From positions 79,980,001 to 80,044,000 of the forward strand of contig OX597815.1 in assembly GCA_951406725.2 (NCBI GenBank): 64,000 nucleotides of DNA, given 5' to 3'. The position numbers were made by a program, and so were the translations under genes. The DNA is from Octopus vulgaris (taxonomy: Eukaryota). The first letter of the stretch is position 1, and every line of letters starts with the position of its first letter. Under the pieces are notes generated by a model, which worked only from the letters and a program-made list of their open reading frames with translations, did not search any database and was not told the DNA's origin. Shown here piece after piece: positions 14,648 through 28,609 of this stretch.

Positions 14648-15329
14648 TACAAAGAGAAGTTAAAAATTACCCACACTTTTGCTATAACATATATTCATTA
14701 TCGTCACACTGCCTTCTGCGTATGCGTGCTTATAGTTGGTATTATTGTGGTTTTGTGATCGAAGTTTGAGCCTAATCGCACCATTTTTCTTTCTGGCATA
14801 GCCGCTGCACTAGCAAAGTGCACCAAAGAAGAACAAAGAGTAGTGATCCGATTTCTCTGGCAAAAGGGTATACGATTAACAGTGCAAGATACAGCTTTTT
14901 GCTGGCCAACAAACTGACACCAGCAATTCGCACCAAACACCAAAGCCTATTGATGAAGAAAGGTTTGTTGTTGTATGATAATGCACGCCCACACACAAAC
15001 GTACAGACCTTTGAAGCCATCAACCAATTGGGTTTTGAAGTGCTGGAACATTCTGCCTACAGCCCAGATCTCGACCCTTCTAACTATCATATCACTGGAC
15101 CGCTCATAGATGGTTTACGAGGTCGTTGATTTTCTACAGATGAAGATGTAAAGGAAGCGGTGCATAAATGGTTGCACGACCAACCGAAAACCTTCTTCTT
15201 GGAGGGAATTATGCAAGCTTGTGCATCGAAAGAGAAGGAGACTACATAGAAAAATGGCGTACTTTTTTGTCTCTTACTTTTGTGTAAATAGATTGGAAAA
15301 ACAAGAGTTCATATAATTTTTGACTTTCC

Positions 15330-15335
<6 letters not shown>
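14648..15335 (+). mobile_element. Internally deleted mariner with both (degenerate) TIRs
   Basis: KCTKEEQRVVIRFLW fused to TINSARY..LLYDNARPH..EHSAYSPDLDPSNYH. TIRs tacaaagagaagttaaaaatta (14648) and taatttttgactttccctcgta (15335). Confidence 0.9.
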
Positions 15336-15421
<86 letters not shown>

Positions 15422-15528
15422 CATATATATATATGTATGTATGTATGTCAGCCTTCGGGCTAAAACATTTTTAAGGATTTAAGGATTTATATATACACAT
15501 ACTTATATGTGTGTGTATCTATGTTTAT

Positions 15529-15579
<51 letters not shown>

Positions 15580-15913
15580 CGTATTTACTTCTCTATTATT
15601 TAGAGCAGATTCTGTTATATATGTATATTCCAGTAGACGCGTCTTGCAATTTGCTACGATCTGTTTGAATCTTAACATTCCATGCTAAACAGTGTGTCCA
15701 GCACTTCATCGTTAGATCTACTGCAGTATTCTTTCAAATCTGTGTTTACGTTTCTTGTATATCTCTGTAAGCATTTGGCTGAAAATACATCAAACGACGA
15801 AACTGCTGCGCCTCTCTAATGACTTTGCTGCAGATTTAAATCCTACGGGCTCTCTTCATTTCTTTCTCTTATTTTCTTTCTCTCAAAATCACTTTTAGAC
15901 ATATTGTTTCTTA

Positions 15914-15914
<1 letters not shown>

Positions 15915-15964
<50 letters not shown>

Positions 15965-16185
15965 GTTGCTGCTGCTGCTGCTGCTGCTTCTTCTCATCCA
16001 GCTCCTTCTCCTCATCCGCTCCTCCTGTTGCTATTCCTCCTGCTACTATTGCTCCTCTTGCTGCTGCTCCTCCTGCTGCTCCTTCTGTTTCTATGCTGGC
16101 CCTCCTCCACTCCTCCCCCTCATCCCCACCCTCTTCCCTCTTCCCTCCTCCCCTCCTCCCCTTCTCCTCTTCCTCCTCCTGCTGT
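15915..16185. repeat. Compound trinucleotide tract (CTA)n-(CTG)n-(CTC)-rich
   Basis: Direct. Confidence 0.9.
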
Positions 16186-16348
16186 TGATGTTGCTGTTAA
16201 ACCATTCCTGTAGCGAACACTTGATAACTTACACTAGTAATGAATTAGCCGTACTGGATAACAGCTTAAAGATACTGACAAAATTCATTGAAGACTCTTA
16301 TACATACATACATACATACATACATACATACATACATACATACATACA

Positions 16349-16382
<34 letters not shown>

Positions 16383-16452
16383 CATACATGCATACATATA
16401 ATACATACATACAGTCATTATCTCTCTATCTATATATATATGTGTATATTCT

Positions 16453-16675
16453 CTTTACTCTTTTACTATTTTACTTGTTTCAGTCATTTGACTGCGGCCA
16501 TGCTGGAGCACCGCCTTTAGTCGAGCAAATCGACCCCGGGACTTATTCTTTGTAAGCCCAGTACTTATTCTATCGGTCTCTTTTGCCGAACCGCTAATTG
16601 ACGGGGGATGTAAACACACCAGCATCGGTTGTCAAGCAATGCTAGGGGGACAAACACACACAAACACACACACAT

Positions 16676-16714
<39 letters not shown>

Positions 16715-16846
16715 CATATATACGACAGGCTTCTTGCATTGGTCGGCCCGGGGCTATAGCAGAAGACACTTGTCCAAGATGCCACGCAGTGGGACTGAAC
16801 CCGGAACCATGTGGTTGGTAAGCAAGCTACTTACCACACAGCCACT
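16453..16846 (-). mobile_element. SINE family A
   Basis: Reverse complement of the family A tail, body and head. Confidence 0.9.
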
Positions 16847-17729
16847 ATACACATGTATAGAAGGAGAGGGGGGAGATAGATAGATAGATAGATAGATTAA
16901 GGATACTAGCAGATGAGCTTTAAGGAAATCTTAGAGTGGTACTTCTTCTGTCCATGTGATAGCGGATCTCATTAGGCAAACTGCAGGCGCTGGGACTAAC
17001 ACCAGATCAATGTTTTTCAGACTTTTTTTAGTTCACGTGACACAGCCGTACAGTTTCAGATTTTTGGAGATGAGAAGTTAGAAATTATACTGTGTGGCGT
17101 TTTGAGATCATGAAGAATATACGAAAAGGGAAACAACTCTAATCAGTACTTGAACACGAGTTCTATAACCAGTGGACGAGAAATTGTCTCTGCGAATTGA
17201 ATATTATAATTCACTCCATCAGGTATTACATCTATTTCTTCCGAGGCATGCGATTATCAAGAATATGCAAACATGAATGACGTAGAATGTGTAATAAGAA
17301 ATACTTGAAGATCGGCAAAAACCAAAGAAATGAAAACTGCTATTTACAAGTCGACTCTAAGGTTTGTTGCCTTTTATTGATGCTATTGGACTTCGTGAGT
17401 CCTACAATAAGTTGGAGTGTGAGAAATCCCACTGAAATTTCTTTTTTATGTAGTGCATTGCTAATTTGTACAATTTGCTGTTTAAAGCATTTGCAAGAAT
17501 GACTTCATCACTCAAAACAACCCCACAAATACAATTGAAAATTAATTTCCGAAAATAACAATCACACAGAATTTATGTATTTCGTAGTTATACTGAAATA
17601 ATTTTATTCCTGCAAACTAATTAGCGAGGGAGTTCAAAAATGGTGAAAGTGTTATATGTTGAGTGATAATGCATACAATGATACACAAGTATCATTATTT
17701 CTAATTCGAAGATACAAAGTAAAATTAAT

Positions 17730-18141
17730 TAGTGGCTGTGTGGTAAGTAGCTTGGTTACCAACCACGTGGTTCCAGGTTCAGTCCCACTGCGTGGCACCT
17801 TGGGCAAGTGTCTTCTACTATAGCCTCGGGCCGACCAAAGCCTTGTGAGTGAATTTGGTAGACGGAAACTGAAAGAAGCCCGTCGTATATGTGTATACAT
17901 ATATATGTTTGTGTGTGTGTGTATGTTTATGTGCCTGTGTTTGTCCCCCCAACATCGCTTGACAACCGATGCTGGTGTGTTTATGCCCCCGTCACTTAGC
18001 GGTTCGGCAAAGAGACCGGTAGAATAAGTACTGGGCTTACAAAGAATAAGTCCCAGGGTCGAGTTGCTCGATTACAGGCGGTGCTCCAGCATGGTCGCAG
18101 TCAAATGACTGAAACAAGTAAAAGAGTAAAAGAGTAAAGAG
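17730..18141 (+). mobile_element. SINE family A, near full length
   Basis: agtggctgtgtggtaag (A box), ggttcagtccc (B-box-like), ccttgggcaagtgtc, tail gactgaaacaagt(aaaagagt)n. Confidence 0.92.
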
Positions 18142-18273
18142 TATATATTTATATATATATACATACATACATACTTTATTTAAAAGCAGCAGAAATATAA
18201 CAAACATATTACTCTACCTCTGGTATTTAAGTACTCTTTTTTCCACCTTGTTTCACATTTATGTGCTTACTCC

Positions 18274-18318
<45 letters not shown>

Positions 18319-18369
18319 ACATTTGTGTGCATGTGTGTGCATGAGTGCACACATACATAAACAGATATA

Positions 18370-18975
18370 TAGGCGCAGATGTGGTTGCGTGATAAGAATC
18401 TCGCTTCCCAAACACATGATTCTGTATTTAGTCTCCCTGCGTGACACCTTGGGCAAGTAATTTCTACTATAAACCGTGACAACCAAATTGTTGTGGATGG
18501 ATTTGGTTGATTTGGCTGGTGTTTATAGAGTGTTAAACACTTTCGGTATGCAAATTAGGGAATCCTTAATAGAGTACCTGTTGCAACCGCTTGTTTCTCT
18601 GGAGACTGTTAGAATGATGTGGACGCCTCTGATGAGAACCCAACCAGTTTCGAAAATCGATTGAAGTTTTACATCACTGCTTTTTTTCAGTCTGCGGAGA
18701 AATGACTAAAATTTGCCCTGTTTGTGGGGGGAGGTGTATGTGTGTGCGGGTGTCTTTGTGTCTGTGTTCGTTCCCCCCCAACATCGCTTGACAACCGGTG
18801 CTGTTTGGTTTATGTCTACGTAATTTAGCTGTTCAGTATATGAGAGCTAATAAATAAGTACCAGGCTTAAAATGAAAAATAAGTACTGGGGTTGATTGGT
18901 TCGACTAAGTTTCTTCCAGGCGGTGCCCCAGTATGGCCGCAGTTCATTGACTGAAACTAGTAAGAGATAAAAATA
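18370..18975 (+). mobile_element. Older SINE family A copy interrupted by a ~200-bp hammerhead-bearing insert
   Basis: Head 18370-18510, 3' half 18740-18975, unrelated insert between. Confidence 0.75.
18615..18676 (+). ncRNA. Degenerate minimal type I hammerhead ribozyme (paralog of 53185-53245)
   Basis: gcct-CTGATGA-gaacccaaccagtttc-GAAA-atcgat-TG; non-canonical cleavage triplet and a stem II mismatch. Confidence 0.6.
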
Positions 18976-20766
18976 TGCATATACACACGCGCACACAAAC
19001 AAAAACACGTGCGCACACATACACACACACACTCACTCATACACACACACATGCACACACACATACACATACACACGTACATATATATAAACTGTTAGAA
19101 TTTGCTTTCGTCATGCCATATTATTCACGCTCGAAACTCGAATTTAGCCAAGTTGAAGCTATTAGTATTTTTTGCTGTTGAAATTTTTGGCCTTTTTCTT
19201 GCAACTCGTCCATTATATCGAAAGTCTCTTAATGGTGTTGTTACGCAATATCATTGCATATTCATAGATTTTGAAGCCTCTCAAACATGTTAAACAGCTT
19301 CACACTTAACTCTTCTCGTTGTTTTCTTTAACAAGCTTCCTACAACCTTTCAGATCATTATTGTATTCAGAAATGTCCTTCTTCGATTCCCCTCTTGACT
19401 TGTCATTCACTGTTTGATGATTTATGCCAAAAAAATTATCAGTTTCTTGATGGACTTTTTATAATGATACCAAAAGCTGATTTACTGTTGTTTAAATTCA
19501 TCGAGATGTTTTTTTATGGTTTCATAGTTGTGTTTTGTCAAATTAAAAGAACAACTAGCCCAAAAACCTGCATTGAGTAGAAAACATATTTATGGGTCAA
19601 AAAGCAAAAAGCAAAGAAGTCTACGTGTAGCTTTAAACTTTTCATAAGCTGTTTGTTCGCCATCGCTAACATTAAATAGTTTGCCCTTGAAATAAACTCC
19701 AAGATTCTAATGTGGAGTATCCAGATAGTTTTGTGTACCACTAATGTGACCATCTGTTCTGAATATGCCATTATTTCAGGTTTCCTCAACCTCTCAGGCC
19801 ATGCTTAAATTCACGAAGTCCCTTCATAAAAGCAACTGCAAACATAGTATTGATTCCTATTGGTAATATATATTTCGTCTTTCTTTCCTCAATAAAGAAG
19901 TACAAACATAAATTTTTCGAACGTAGTTAAAGTAGTGGCATTTCTTTTCACAACCTATTCGTGGTTAAATGATATATCAGCTAGGCAGTGGAAAGATATC
20001 TCTATCCACACAGTTGATATCTAGTCCTGTGTATTTTATTATTTGTTCAAAATGTATTCTCGGTCATTTCTGACGGAGGTACATCTGAAGGAATCTTTTT
20101 TATCTCTCTTTCTTCTGTTCTATTTCTTCTCTTCACAATTTTTATTGCAGAAAGAGGATGCTTTTACTATGGTATTGTCAAATTTCTGAAATGTTTTTGT
20201 CCATTCATTTTCGGTATAAAGGTATGCGTAAAGCTACAGTATTTTGAAGCATTTTTTTAAAATACAAAATTTAACTTTTTGTCCCCGTCACCATATTTCA
20301 TTATATTCCGCTCGAAAACTCTTCTGTCATACCTGCTATTGCAATGATGCACTACCACGCATCTCCAACGTATAATTCTATATTTTGCCTGTATTGTTAC
20401 TGTTCGTGTTTAATTCGTTTGTGTTATTTTCAGTTTATTCAAAATTTTTTCTAACATTTATCACATTTAACATTTTCGCCTTCCTACACAGGAGAGCTGG
20501 CTACCACCGTTATCAACGATAGCCATATTTTCAAAACTTCGTACAAAGCTGAAACTGAGTAACAACAACAACAACAAATAACATACCTAACCTTCACAGT
20601 AGAAAAATTTCAACAAATTTTATTCAATACCCCTGTTGATATTTTATAAAAAACTAAATGTTCAACAAACTTTAACTTAAAGGAAAAACTATAAAGCCAA
20701 ACAGGAGCGATGAGAAACGTGTCATGTCACTTTAAAATCCAATAGCAACAATATCCCTAAAGAAAT

Positions 20767-20767
<1 letters not shown>

Positions 20768-20840
<73 letters not shown>

Positions 20841-20855
20841 TGATGATAACAATAA
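20768..20855. repeat. (AAT)n microsatellite
   Basis: Direct. Confidence 0.95.
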
Positions 20856-22189
20856 ATTATACAAGTCACATTTAATAAAATTGCAACCTATTAAACCACC
20901 CAAACCACACATCATATCAACTATACTCTGTCACCATCCAATACTAAAACGTAAACGCAATACAAAACACACAGCACACACAAAACACAAACACCACCAA
21001 ACATAATAACTTGGCCGCCACAGCAAATAATCTGTACAAGAGATGAAACACAAAACTAAAGCTAGAAATAACAACCTTATCCCCCTTCAACAAAGCAAAA
21101 CCGATGTAATATACAAACGCAATTCTACATCACTATAAATCAATACTATGTATACTTCAGGAGTTTGGAGTGCAGCTTGTAATGCCGGAGATGCTCGCAC
21201 AAAACTGTTGCAAATACAATAACATGATTAATAGCAATAACAGTAGCTTATTTTTACCGCCAAGACTCAATCATACCAGCTATAGACTTGTTACAAATGT
21301 GATACAAACACGTGTTTGGATCGACTTAAAAAATTAAGGAAACAAGGAAAACGACATTACACTAATATACATGAGTAAGAGGACGCCACCTAGTTGGGGT
21401 CAGTGCACCCCACAATTCTGTATGTCTGCCATTCCACTTATTAAAGCCTGATATCCCCAAATCGCCCATGAACACTTTTTTGCTGTATGGGATAGAAAAC
21501 TTCTAACGTTTGGTACATCTTGGCTGTGCTATGATAGACCATCCTAATAATCTACACAGGAGATCTACCACTGTTATCAACAGTAGCCATATTTTCAAAA
21601 CTTCATACAAAGCACGAACAGAAAAACAACAAAAAATAACATTTCTAACCTCCGGGGCAGGAAGATTGCCACAAATTTCATTCAATACTCCTGTTGATAT
21701 CATCTGAATGTCTCTTTAAAATTCTGCTCTACACCTCCTCGCCAGGCTAGCAAGGTATTTGTTATAACTCTGGCTTTCACTAATTGCTGTGTCACTTTTT
21801 TCTAATGTGACATCTGTGAAACGGCGTAACTTATCTTTTATTGTTTGATTTTTAAAAATCAGTAGAACTGTTTTTGATGCGGCGTAAATATTGTTACCAT
21901 CTATGTAGAAGCTTCATTATGCCTCTATATTCATGATGGCATGTTTACACACAAAAAAAGAGTGATGTTTAACGTCTATTAAGACAATAAAGACAAACAA
22001 GAACAGTATAGCACAAAAAAATAATAATAGGAAAAAAATCACTTCAAAGGGGAGAGAATCTAAGTTATCAAAAGAATGCTATCTTTCAACTTTGCCGCCA
22101 ATCTACAGTTAGATAGGTAATGTAAACCATGCCAATTTAGTCACTTTATCTAGCTTGCACAAATTTGGTGGAAGGAAACACCACCCTCT

Positions 22190-22990
22190 TAACACTTACC
22201 TTTCTTTTCGAGTAGTGCTAAAAAATATAGCATAAAAGAATCCATGAAAGCTCGAACTAAGTAAAAGCTCTTTCCTGAAACCTTTCCACCGCCTCCAGTA
22301 CGCTTTCCGCCAGAGATGGATGAGTGCTACCTGCTCTTTCTTGCTAACAGCAGATGAGAAGTCGATCTATTTGGTAAACTTGGCTGATAGCCTCACCATT
22401 TATTCATCCTAGGTGCATTTTCAACATTTTAGTCGCTGGAATTCAGCACATGCCTATCTGTAAAGTTTATTTCGAACAGGCAAAGCCGCTTTGCAGCACT
22501 GCCAGGCTCATGACTTTTGAATTTTTAATAATCCCTGATCTGAACAATCCGTTAGAAGAGACTACTTAGAATATCCTCATTGATGCCTAGAATAGTTCCC
22601 ATGCCATCATAGCTCATATTTTCCCTAACACATTCATTCGAACTATTAGTGAATGACTGCCACATGTCAACGGTCCAATTTCAACTTCTGCTTGTCCCAG
22701 CACTGCAACTGGTCAACGGACGAGCTGTGAGAAGTCGTGTCGCACAAACGATGACTACATCTGTTCATCATTATTGTCATTTAGAAATATTTTCAGATGT
22801 GTCAGCCTTACTGCGTATCTGTGATCGCCAACCGCAGGATCTGTTGACACCTTGTACTGAGTGCTCGAAGAATCTTCTGACCAGGGGAACTTAACTTTTC
22901 CTCAGAATCAACAAGACGTATGTTCCGATCTGTTCTAGTGTATTCTAGGACGCTGGTGGTATTGTACTAATGAAAGAGCCCAGGATTTAA
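22190..22990 (-). mobile_element. Highly decayed Tx1/L1-clade LINE ORF2 C-terminal relic
   Basis: Minus-strand peptides KVPLVRR, HRYAVRLTHL and AWQCCKAALPVRNKL are collinear with KPLVRR, RRHALRLRHL and WQCYSNALPVRDKL of the 36.2-37.3 kb LINE. Confidence 0.7.
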
Positions 22991-22996
22991 TTACAT

Positions 22997-23236
22997 TGCC
23001 CGCCTTTTCAGGAACAGCTTTCTCTCAACCCCTTTCTCAGTGAGACTGGTCACTCTATTAATATTAGCGTTTTCTAACAGCCAAATGGTCACAATCGAGT
23101 TATACTGTAATAACGAAACGATACAGAAGTTAATTACTCTGCCCGCCTTTTCAGGAACAGCCTTTTCTCGACCACCTTGTCTGTGAGACTGGTCACTCTG
23201 TATTAATATCAACGTTTTTAACAGCCAAATGGCTGC
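22997..23236. repeat. Two-copy tandem duplication, period ~143 bp
   Basis: tgcccgccttttcaggaacagc...gtgagactggtcactct...aacagccaaatgg at 22997 and 23140. Confidence 0.9.
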
Positions 23237-23544
23237 TTATATGAGGGTAGATAACAATCGATTACATCGACCCGAGTAAATAAAGTAATATTATTTTATC
23301 GACCTTGGAAGAATGAATTGCAAAGTTGATATTGGCGAGGTTTGAAATCGGTATCGTGAAGGACCATAAGTAAATGCAACAAATCATTTTAGTCTAATTC
23401 TGTTTTATTTCTATCACCCATCAGCTTCCAAACAACAAGAGCAGCAGCGGCAGCGACAGCAGCCGTAGCAGCAGCAGCAGCAGCAGCAGCAATAGCAACA
23501 ACAACAACAAATAGAAGCAAAAACTGCTACCAATCAATCAATCG

Positions 23545-23803
23545 GCCTTCGGAGTGGTTGAACAACCGGACCCAACCAGTTGGGATTCACAGAACGGGCT
23601 GTATTATTCATTCTTTCGATCGCTGAATGCAAAAGTTGTCTCGCGAGATCGCCGTTCGAGTGATTTTCAAGGGTCTACATCTCACTCTTGTATACCATTC
23701 CGTCAAAAAGTTACCCATCGCAGCTGAGCGGACAGGAGCAGCGTGAAAAAGCACAACGTACAGCCAATCCGGGAAACGAAACCACGATCTAACCACTCAG
23801 CTA
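23545..23803 (-). mobile_element. Diverged tRNA-derived SINE related to the 4605 copy
   Basis: Reverse reads tagctgagtggttag..ggtttcgtttcccgg..ttcacgctgctcctgtccgctcagctg. Confidence 0.6.
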
Positions 23804-24222
23804 CACTAAAACCACTGCCACAACAACAACAGCAGCAGCAAATACAGCAGTAAAACCCGCTACAATACTGGCAAAGTCAACAGTTGTAGAAACAAGGACG
23901 GCGTTAACAAAAACAGTGATAAATACCATAGTTATAAGAAGTATTTGTCTGTGTGAGTGTGTGAGGATATACGAATGTGTCATGTACAAGTGTTTGTATG
24001 GTTGTATGTATTGCAGGTTATGAAATGATAATGATGGCGGCGGTAGAAGAGTTCGCTCATAAAAATAAACTTAATGCTCAGACAAGGAGAAGAGAATGTA
24101 ATGGTAAGCAAACAACTCAGAGTAAAATATTTCAAACATTCGCAGCAGCAACAACAACGACGTCGACAGGGGCAGCAGTTGGTGATACAACACTAATGCG
24201 AATAGCCGCAATAACAGTATAC

Positions 24223-24287
<65 letters not shown>

Positions 24288-24337
24288 TAATAATAATAAT
24301 AATGATAATAATGATAATAATAATAATAATAATAATG

Positions 24338-24389
<52 letters not shown>

Positions 24390-24397
24390 TAATAATA

Positions 24398-24456
<59 letters not shown>

Positions 24457-24488
24457 TAATAATAATGATAATAACAATAATAATAATG

Positions 24489-24557
<69 letters not shown>
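24223..24557. repeat. ~335-bp (AAT)n array with GAT/AAC variants
   Basis: Direct. Confidence 0.95.
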
Positions 24558-24864
24558 GGGATTCTTTGGGGTTTGAATAATTCACCTCTGGAAACATGGG
24601 TGGTTCTTTCAACATCCTTAAACAATCCTTATTCAGGGACCTTTTGAGCGGGATGGGCTACTCAACCTGAAGAAAATTCTAACTGGGCCCCACCTGCAAG
24701 GTCATGTGCTGTTTATCTTGATATGAGATCACCATGTCGCGCACATATGGTTGTGATGCATGTGCCTGGTGTACCTTTATCAGACGGGTAGTCATGATGG
24801 GTATATCGGGCTTCGTATATTTTACCCCAGTGTCACTTTGATGGCATGAACTGTTCTCTCACTC
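24558..24864. mobile_element. ~305-bp complex insert bounded on both sides by (AAT)n; probable non-autonomous retroelement
   Basis: GC-richer non-repetitive segment with sharp (AAT)n junctions; no ORF. Confidence 0.5.
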
Positions 24865-24904
24865 AATAATAATAATAATAATGATAATAATAATAATAAT
24901 AATA

Positions 24905-25287
<383 letters not shown>

Positions 25288-25639
25288 TAATAATAATATG
25301 CTGATGTTGCTACAGCTACTATAAAAATGAAAGTAAAAAAAAAAATAACAGCAGCAACAGAAATTCTTTGTAACAGAAGAAGGACGTCACAAATTTATAA
25401 TGATAAGAAAAGTCGGTTGATCGCTTCTTGAGATATTACTGGTATTAACTTTATTGATATTAGAGGGAAAGAACGGCATCGGGATTTGAGTTCGAAACCC
25501 ACCGATGTTAACTTACACAGCAAATAGAAGAGAGAGGTAGGAGGTGAATCGCAACAAGTGCAGCACATATCAGAACCCTTCTCCTTCACACTTCGTATGG
25601 AAGATGAGGAAAATATTTTCAAGCATTGAATTTCCATTT

Positions 25640-26420
25640 GCTGTCATTATCCTCTACTTAGAGTGCTAGGCATGTCGTGGTTAATGATGTACAGACATGC
25701 ACTGAAGCCGCAACATCTCTCACATTTCCTTGAAAGTGAGCAGACATAGTCGTCAGTCCTGGATCAAGCGTACTCTGTCGTAGGATGCCTGAAACCTTGT
25801 GTCACCAATGGCATAAGCGGATCATGGAAGCTCCGCCACAGTGTTTTATAGAGCATTAATGGCAGCAAAAGCAATGCCATTCATGAGGCATCGATGAGAA
25901 TCAGCTAGTTAGTCTGTTCCAGCAGAATGTTTATCCAGGAGCCTATAGATAATTTTCAGAATTCCTTGGCCTTGCAGTGCTACTCTGGGGCCTTGCCAAC
26001 CATTAACCGGGCCTGCTGGAGATGCGAGCAAGGCAAAAGCAGTCTTGCACTCGCTCGTACCGTGCCCGAGCATTGTTGACAAGTGGTCTTATGTGAAACC
26101 GATACATTCATGTGTAGGACACATCCGGATACCGGTTGACTTCATTGTGAAGATTACCCTGTCGCCTTCCCTTGCTTAAGAAGGGCATGCAGTTTTCTTC
26201 TGGATGGTGGCCATGGCGAGAGACGTTGTTTGGTGAATAACATTGAAAATATTGAAGCCAGACACCTCTCTTGAGCCAAGCCAGCACTGGTATATTTAAG
26301 TTACATTTCAAAAGAAAGATGAGATTTGAGAGGTAAGTGCTGCTTCCCGCCAAGAATAATTTTGTTGAAATGTAAATGCATATGGCATGGATGGCCCGAG
26401 TGGATGGGTCTATGTTGAGC
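25640..26420 (+). mobile_element. Decayed Tx1/L1-clade LINE ORF2 C-terminal relic
   Basis: GMSWLMMYRHALKPQHL, LALQCYSGALP and CWRCEQ..LHSLVPCP zinc knuckle; homologous to 36.2-37.3 kb. Confidence 0.72.
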
Positions 26421-27094
26421 TGATGCCGGCAGAGCAGAGCAAACAGATGGGTGAGCGGTGACTCTTAATAGTGCCGGGGTGATTCAGTATCTATAGGCTT
26501 CTTTGATTACCCTTGGGTGAAATTCCCCTCCACCGGGGTATTTTGTTGCAATAATTTTCTTCTTTATTGTTATTATTTTAATTGGATACACATGTTTAAG
26601 TCCAATAGCCTTTTGATGGATAGCATCTACGACATTCGCCGGTGAAATAGTTGCACTATTCCAGATATGTGACCTGTTCTTCAATGTAGGATACTCTTTC
26701 TTGACAGAAATTGTTGAAAGCAAAATTATTTTCTGTTTTGAATTACACTATTAAAATTTGCAATACATAAACGAATTGCTTCTTGTTGTACATGATTAGG
26801 TCGGCACCACAAAAATATGTCACTGATTTACAGTAAATCATTATCTCGTATTTTGCAAACAATACAGTGGCCTGAGGCAGCGATTTCAGGACTATGATTG
26901 ATATATTATTACGTACAACAATATTTTCATGTGAAAATGGGTTATAATTAGATCGAATTTATGCATTTAACATTTCACATACACGCATACACACATGCGC
27001 ACACACATATTCATACATTTATGTATGTATGCGAGTATGAGTATGTGTGTATACATATGTAATTGTGTATAGGTAGATATGTGTGTGTATGTGT

Positions 27095-27095
27095 A

Positions 27096-27184
<89 letters not shown>

Positions 27185-27240
27185 GTCTGTCTGTCTGTCT
27201 GTCTGTCTGTTAGTCTGTCTGTCTGTCTGTCTATCTGTCT
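27095..27240. repeat. (TCTA)n/(TCTG)n microsatellite
   Basis: Direct. Confidence 0.95.
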
Positions 27241-27555
27241 GTATGTATGTATATATATACACACACATATATGAATTTTATCGATGTCGTTTCTACATTT
27301 ACTGCTCAACGTTTGTTTACCTTAAATTTTTTTCAGGCTATTTAGTATTCAAATTTAGTTTACGCACACAAATTAATCTTACATACAAAGACACAGGCAA
27401 ATAGACAGGCAGACCGGCGTGCGCACACACACATACATCATTGCCAGTATTATTACCTGTATTGTTATATATATTTATCGTATTCTTTGTTAATGCTAAT
27501 TTGTCTGATTTTATTTATTTCTATATTGAAGATACATTAACCATTTTAAGGAAAA

Positions 27556-27964
27556 GGTGCAGGAGTGGCTGTGTGGTAAGTAGCTTGCTTACCAACCACA
27601 CGGTCCCGGGTTCAGTCCCACCGTGTGGCACCTTGGGCAAGTATCTTCGACTATAGCCTCGGGCCGACCAAAGCCTTATGAATGTATTTGGTAGACGGAA
27701 ACTAAAAGAAGCCCGTCGTATATGTATATATATGTATATGTATGTGTGTGTATATGTTTGTGTGTCTGTGTTTGTCCCCCACAAGATCGCTTGACAACCG
27801 ATGCTGGTGTGTTTACGTCCCCGTAACTTAGTGGTTCAGCAAAAGAGACCGATAGAACTAGGCTTACAAAGAATAGGCTCTGGGGTCGATTTGCTCGACT
27901 AAAGGCGATGCTCCAGCATGGCTGAAGTCAAATGACTGAAACAAGTAAAAGAGTAAGAAGAGTA
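27556..27964 (+). mobile_element. SINE family A, full length
   Basis: Same head, body and tail as the 17730 copy. Confidence 0.92.
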
Positions 27965-28380
27965 ATGCTAGAATTCAAAATTCAAGATGCTTTCTAGCAA
28001 CGATTGTACAATGCGGGAAAATGTTATCAGTCAATGACTAATATTCTTTTGCTTTTTCCTGCAACTCCGAAGACAATTTGGAATTATTTAGAACGCATCA
28101 AAAAGTATCATCAATAATTATCATTACTTGTCGATAAAAGAGCCAGCAAGTGATAAGGGAACCACCAAGCAAATGCACAAACCTGTGCATTAACTCAGTC
28201 AAATCATAAAGTAGAAAATATAAGATATATGAAATCTTTACTTGGAGTTCTCACTAAACGTATCAATAGAAATAATTCTGCTGTATTAGGTTTGCAAAAT
28301 TCATGATGTGAACTCAGGTGTTGAAACAAATATTTTGGTATCTCGGTAGAGTCACTATGCCAATAATATTCACACGTATA

Positions 28381-28573
28381 AGGCGGCGAGCCGACAGAAA
28401 CGTTAGCACGTCGGGTGAAATGTTTTACGTTCTGAGTTCAAATTCCGCCGAGGTTGACTTTGCCTTTCATCCTTTCGGGGTCTATAGATTAAGTACCAGT
28501 ACGTACTGGGGTCGATCTAATCGACTGGCCCCTCCCCCCAAATTTCGGGTTTTGTGCCCAGAGTAGAAAAAGT
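28381..28573 (+). mobile_element. SINE family B with imperfect TSD (aatat.cacacgta)
   Basis: ggcggcgag..gaaacgttagcacg..gagttcaaattcc..gcctttcatcctttcggggtc..aagtaccag; the central block resembles the MetaSINE domain (from recall). Confidence 0.85.
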
Positions 28574-28609
28574 AATATACACACGTACAGCTGCAATTTC
28601 CTTTCTATA

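Noticed and set aside
15904-16520. Pro/Ala/Ser-rich ORFs
   Set aside because: Degenerate trinucleotide repeats with no domain signal
19395-19580. MULE-like FLDGLF motif
   Set aside because: Too weak, and the DFE-like motif lies in the wrong order
22997-23236. CRISPR-like repeat-spacer arrangement
   Set aside because: Only two ~95-bp imperfect copies in eukaryotic repeat DNA, no cas genes
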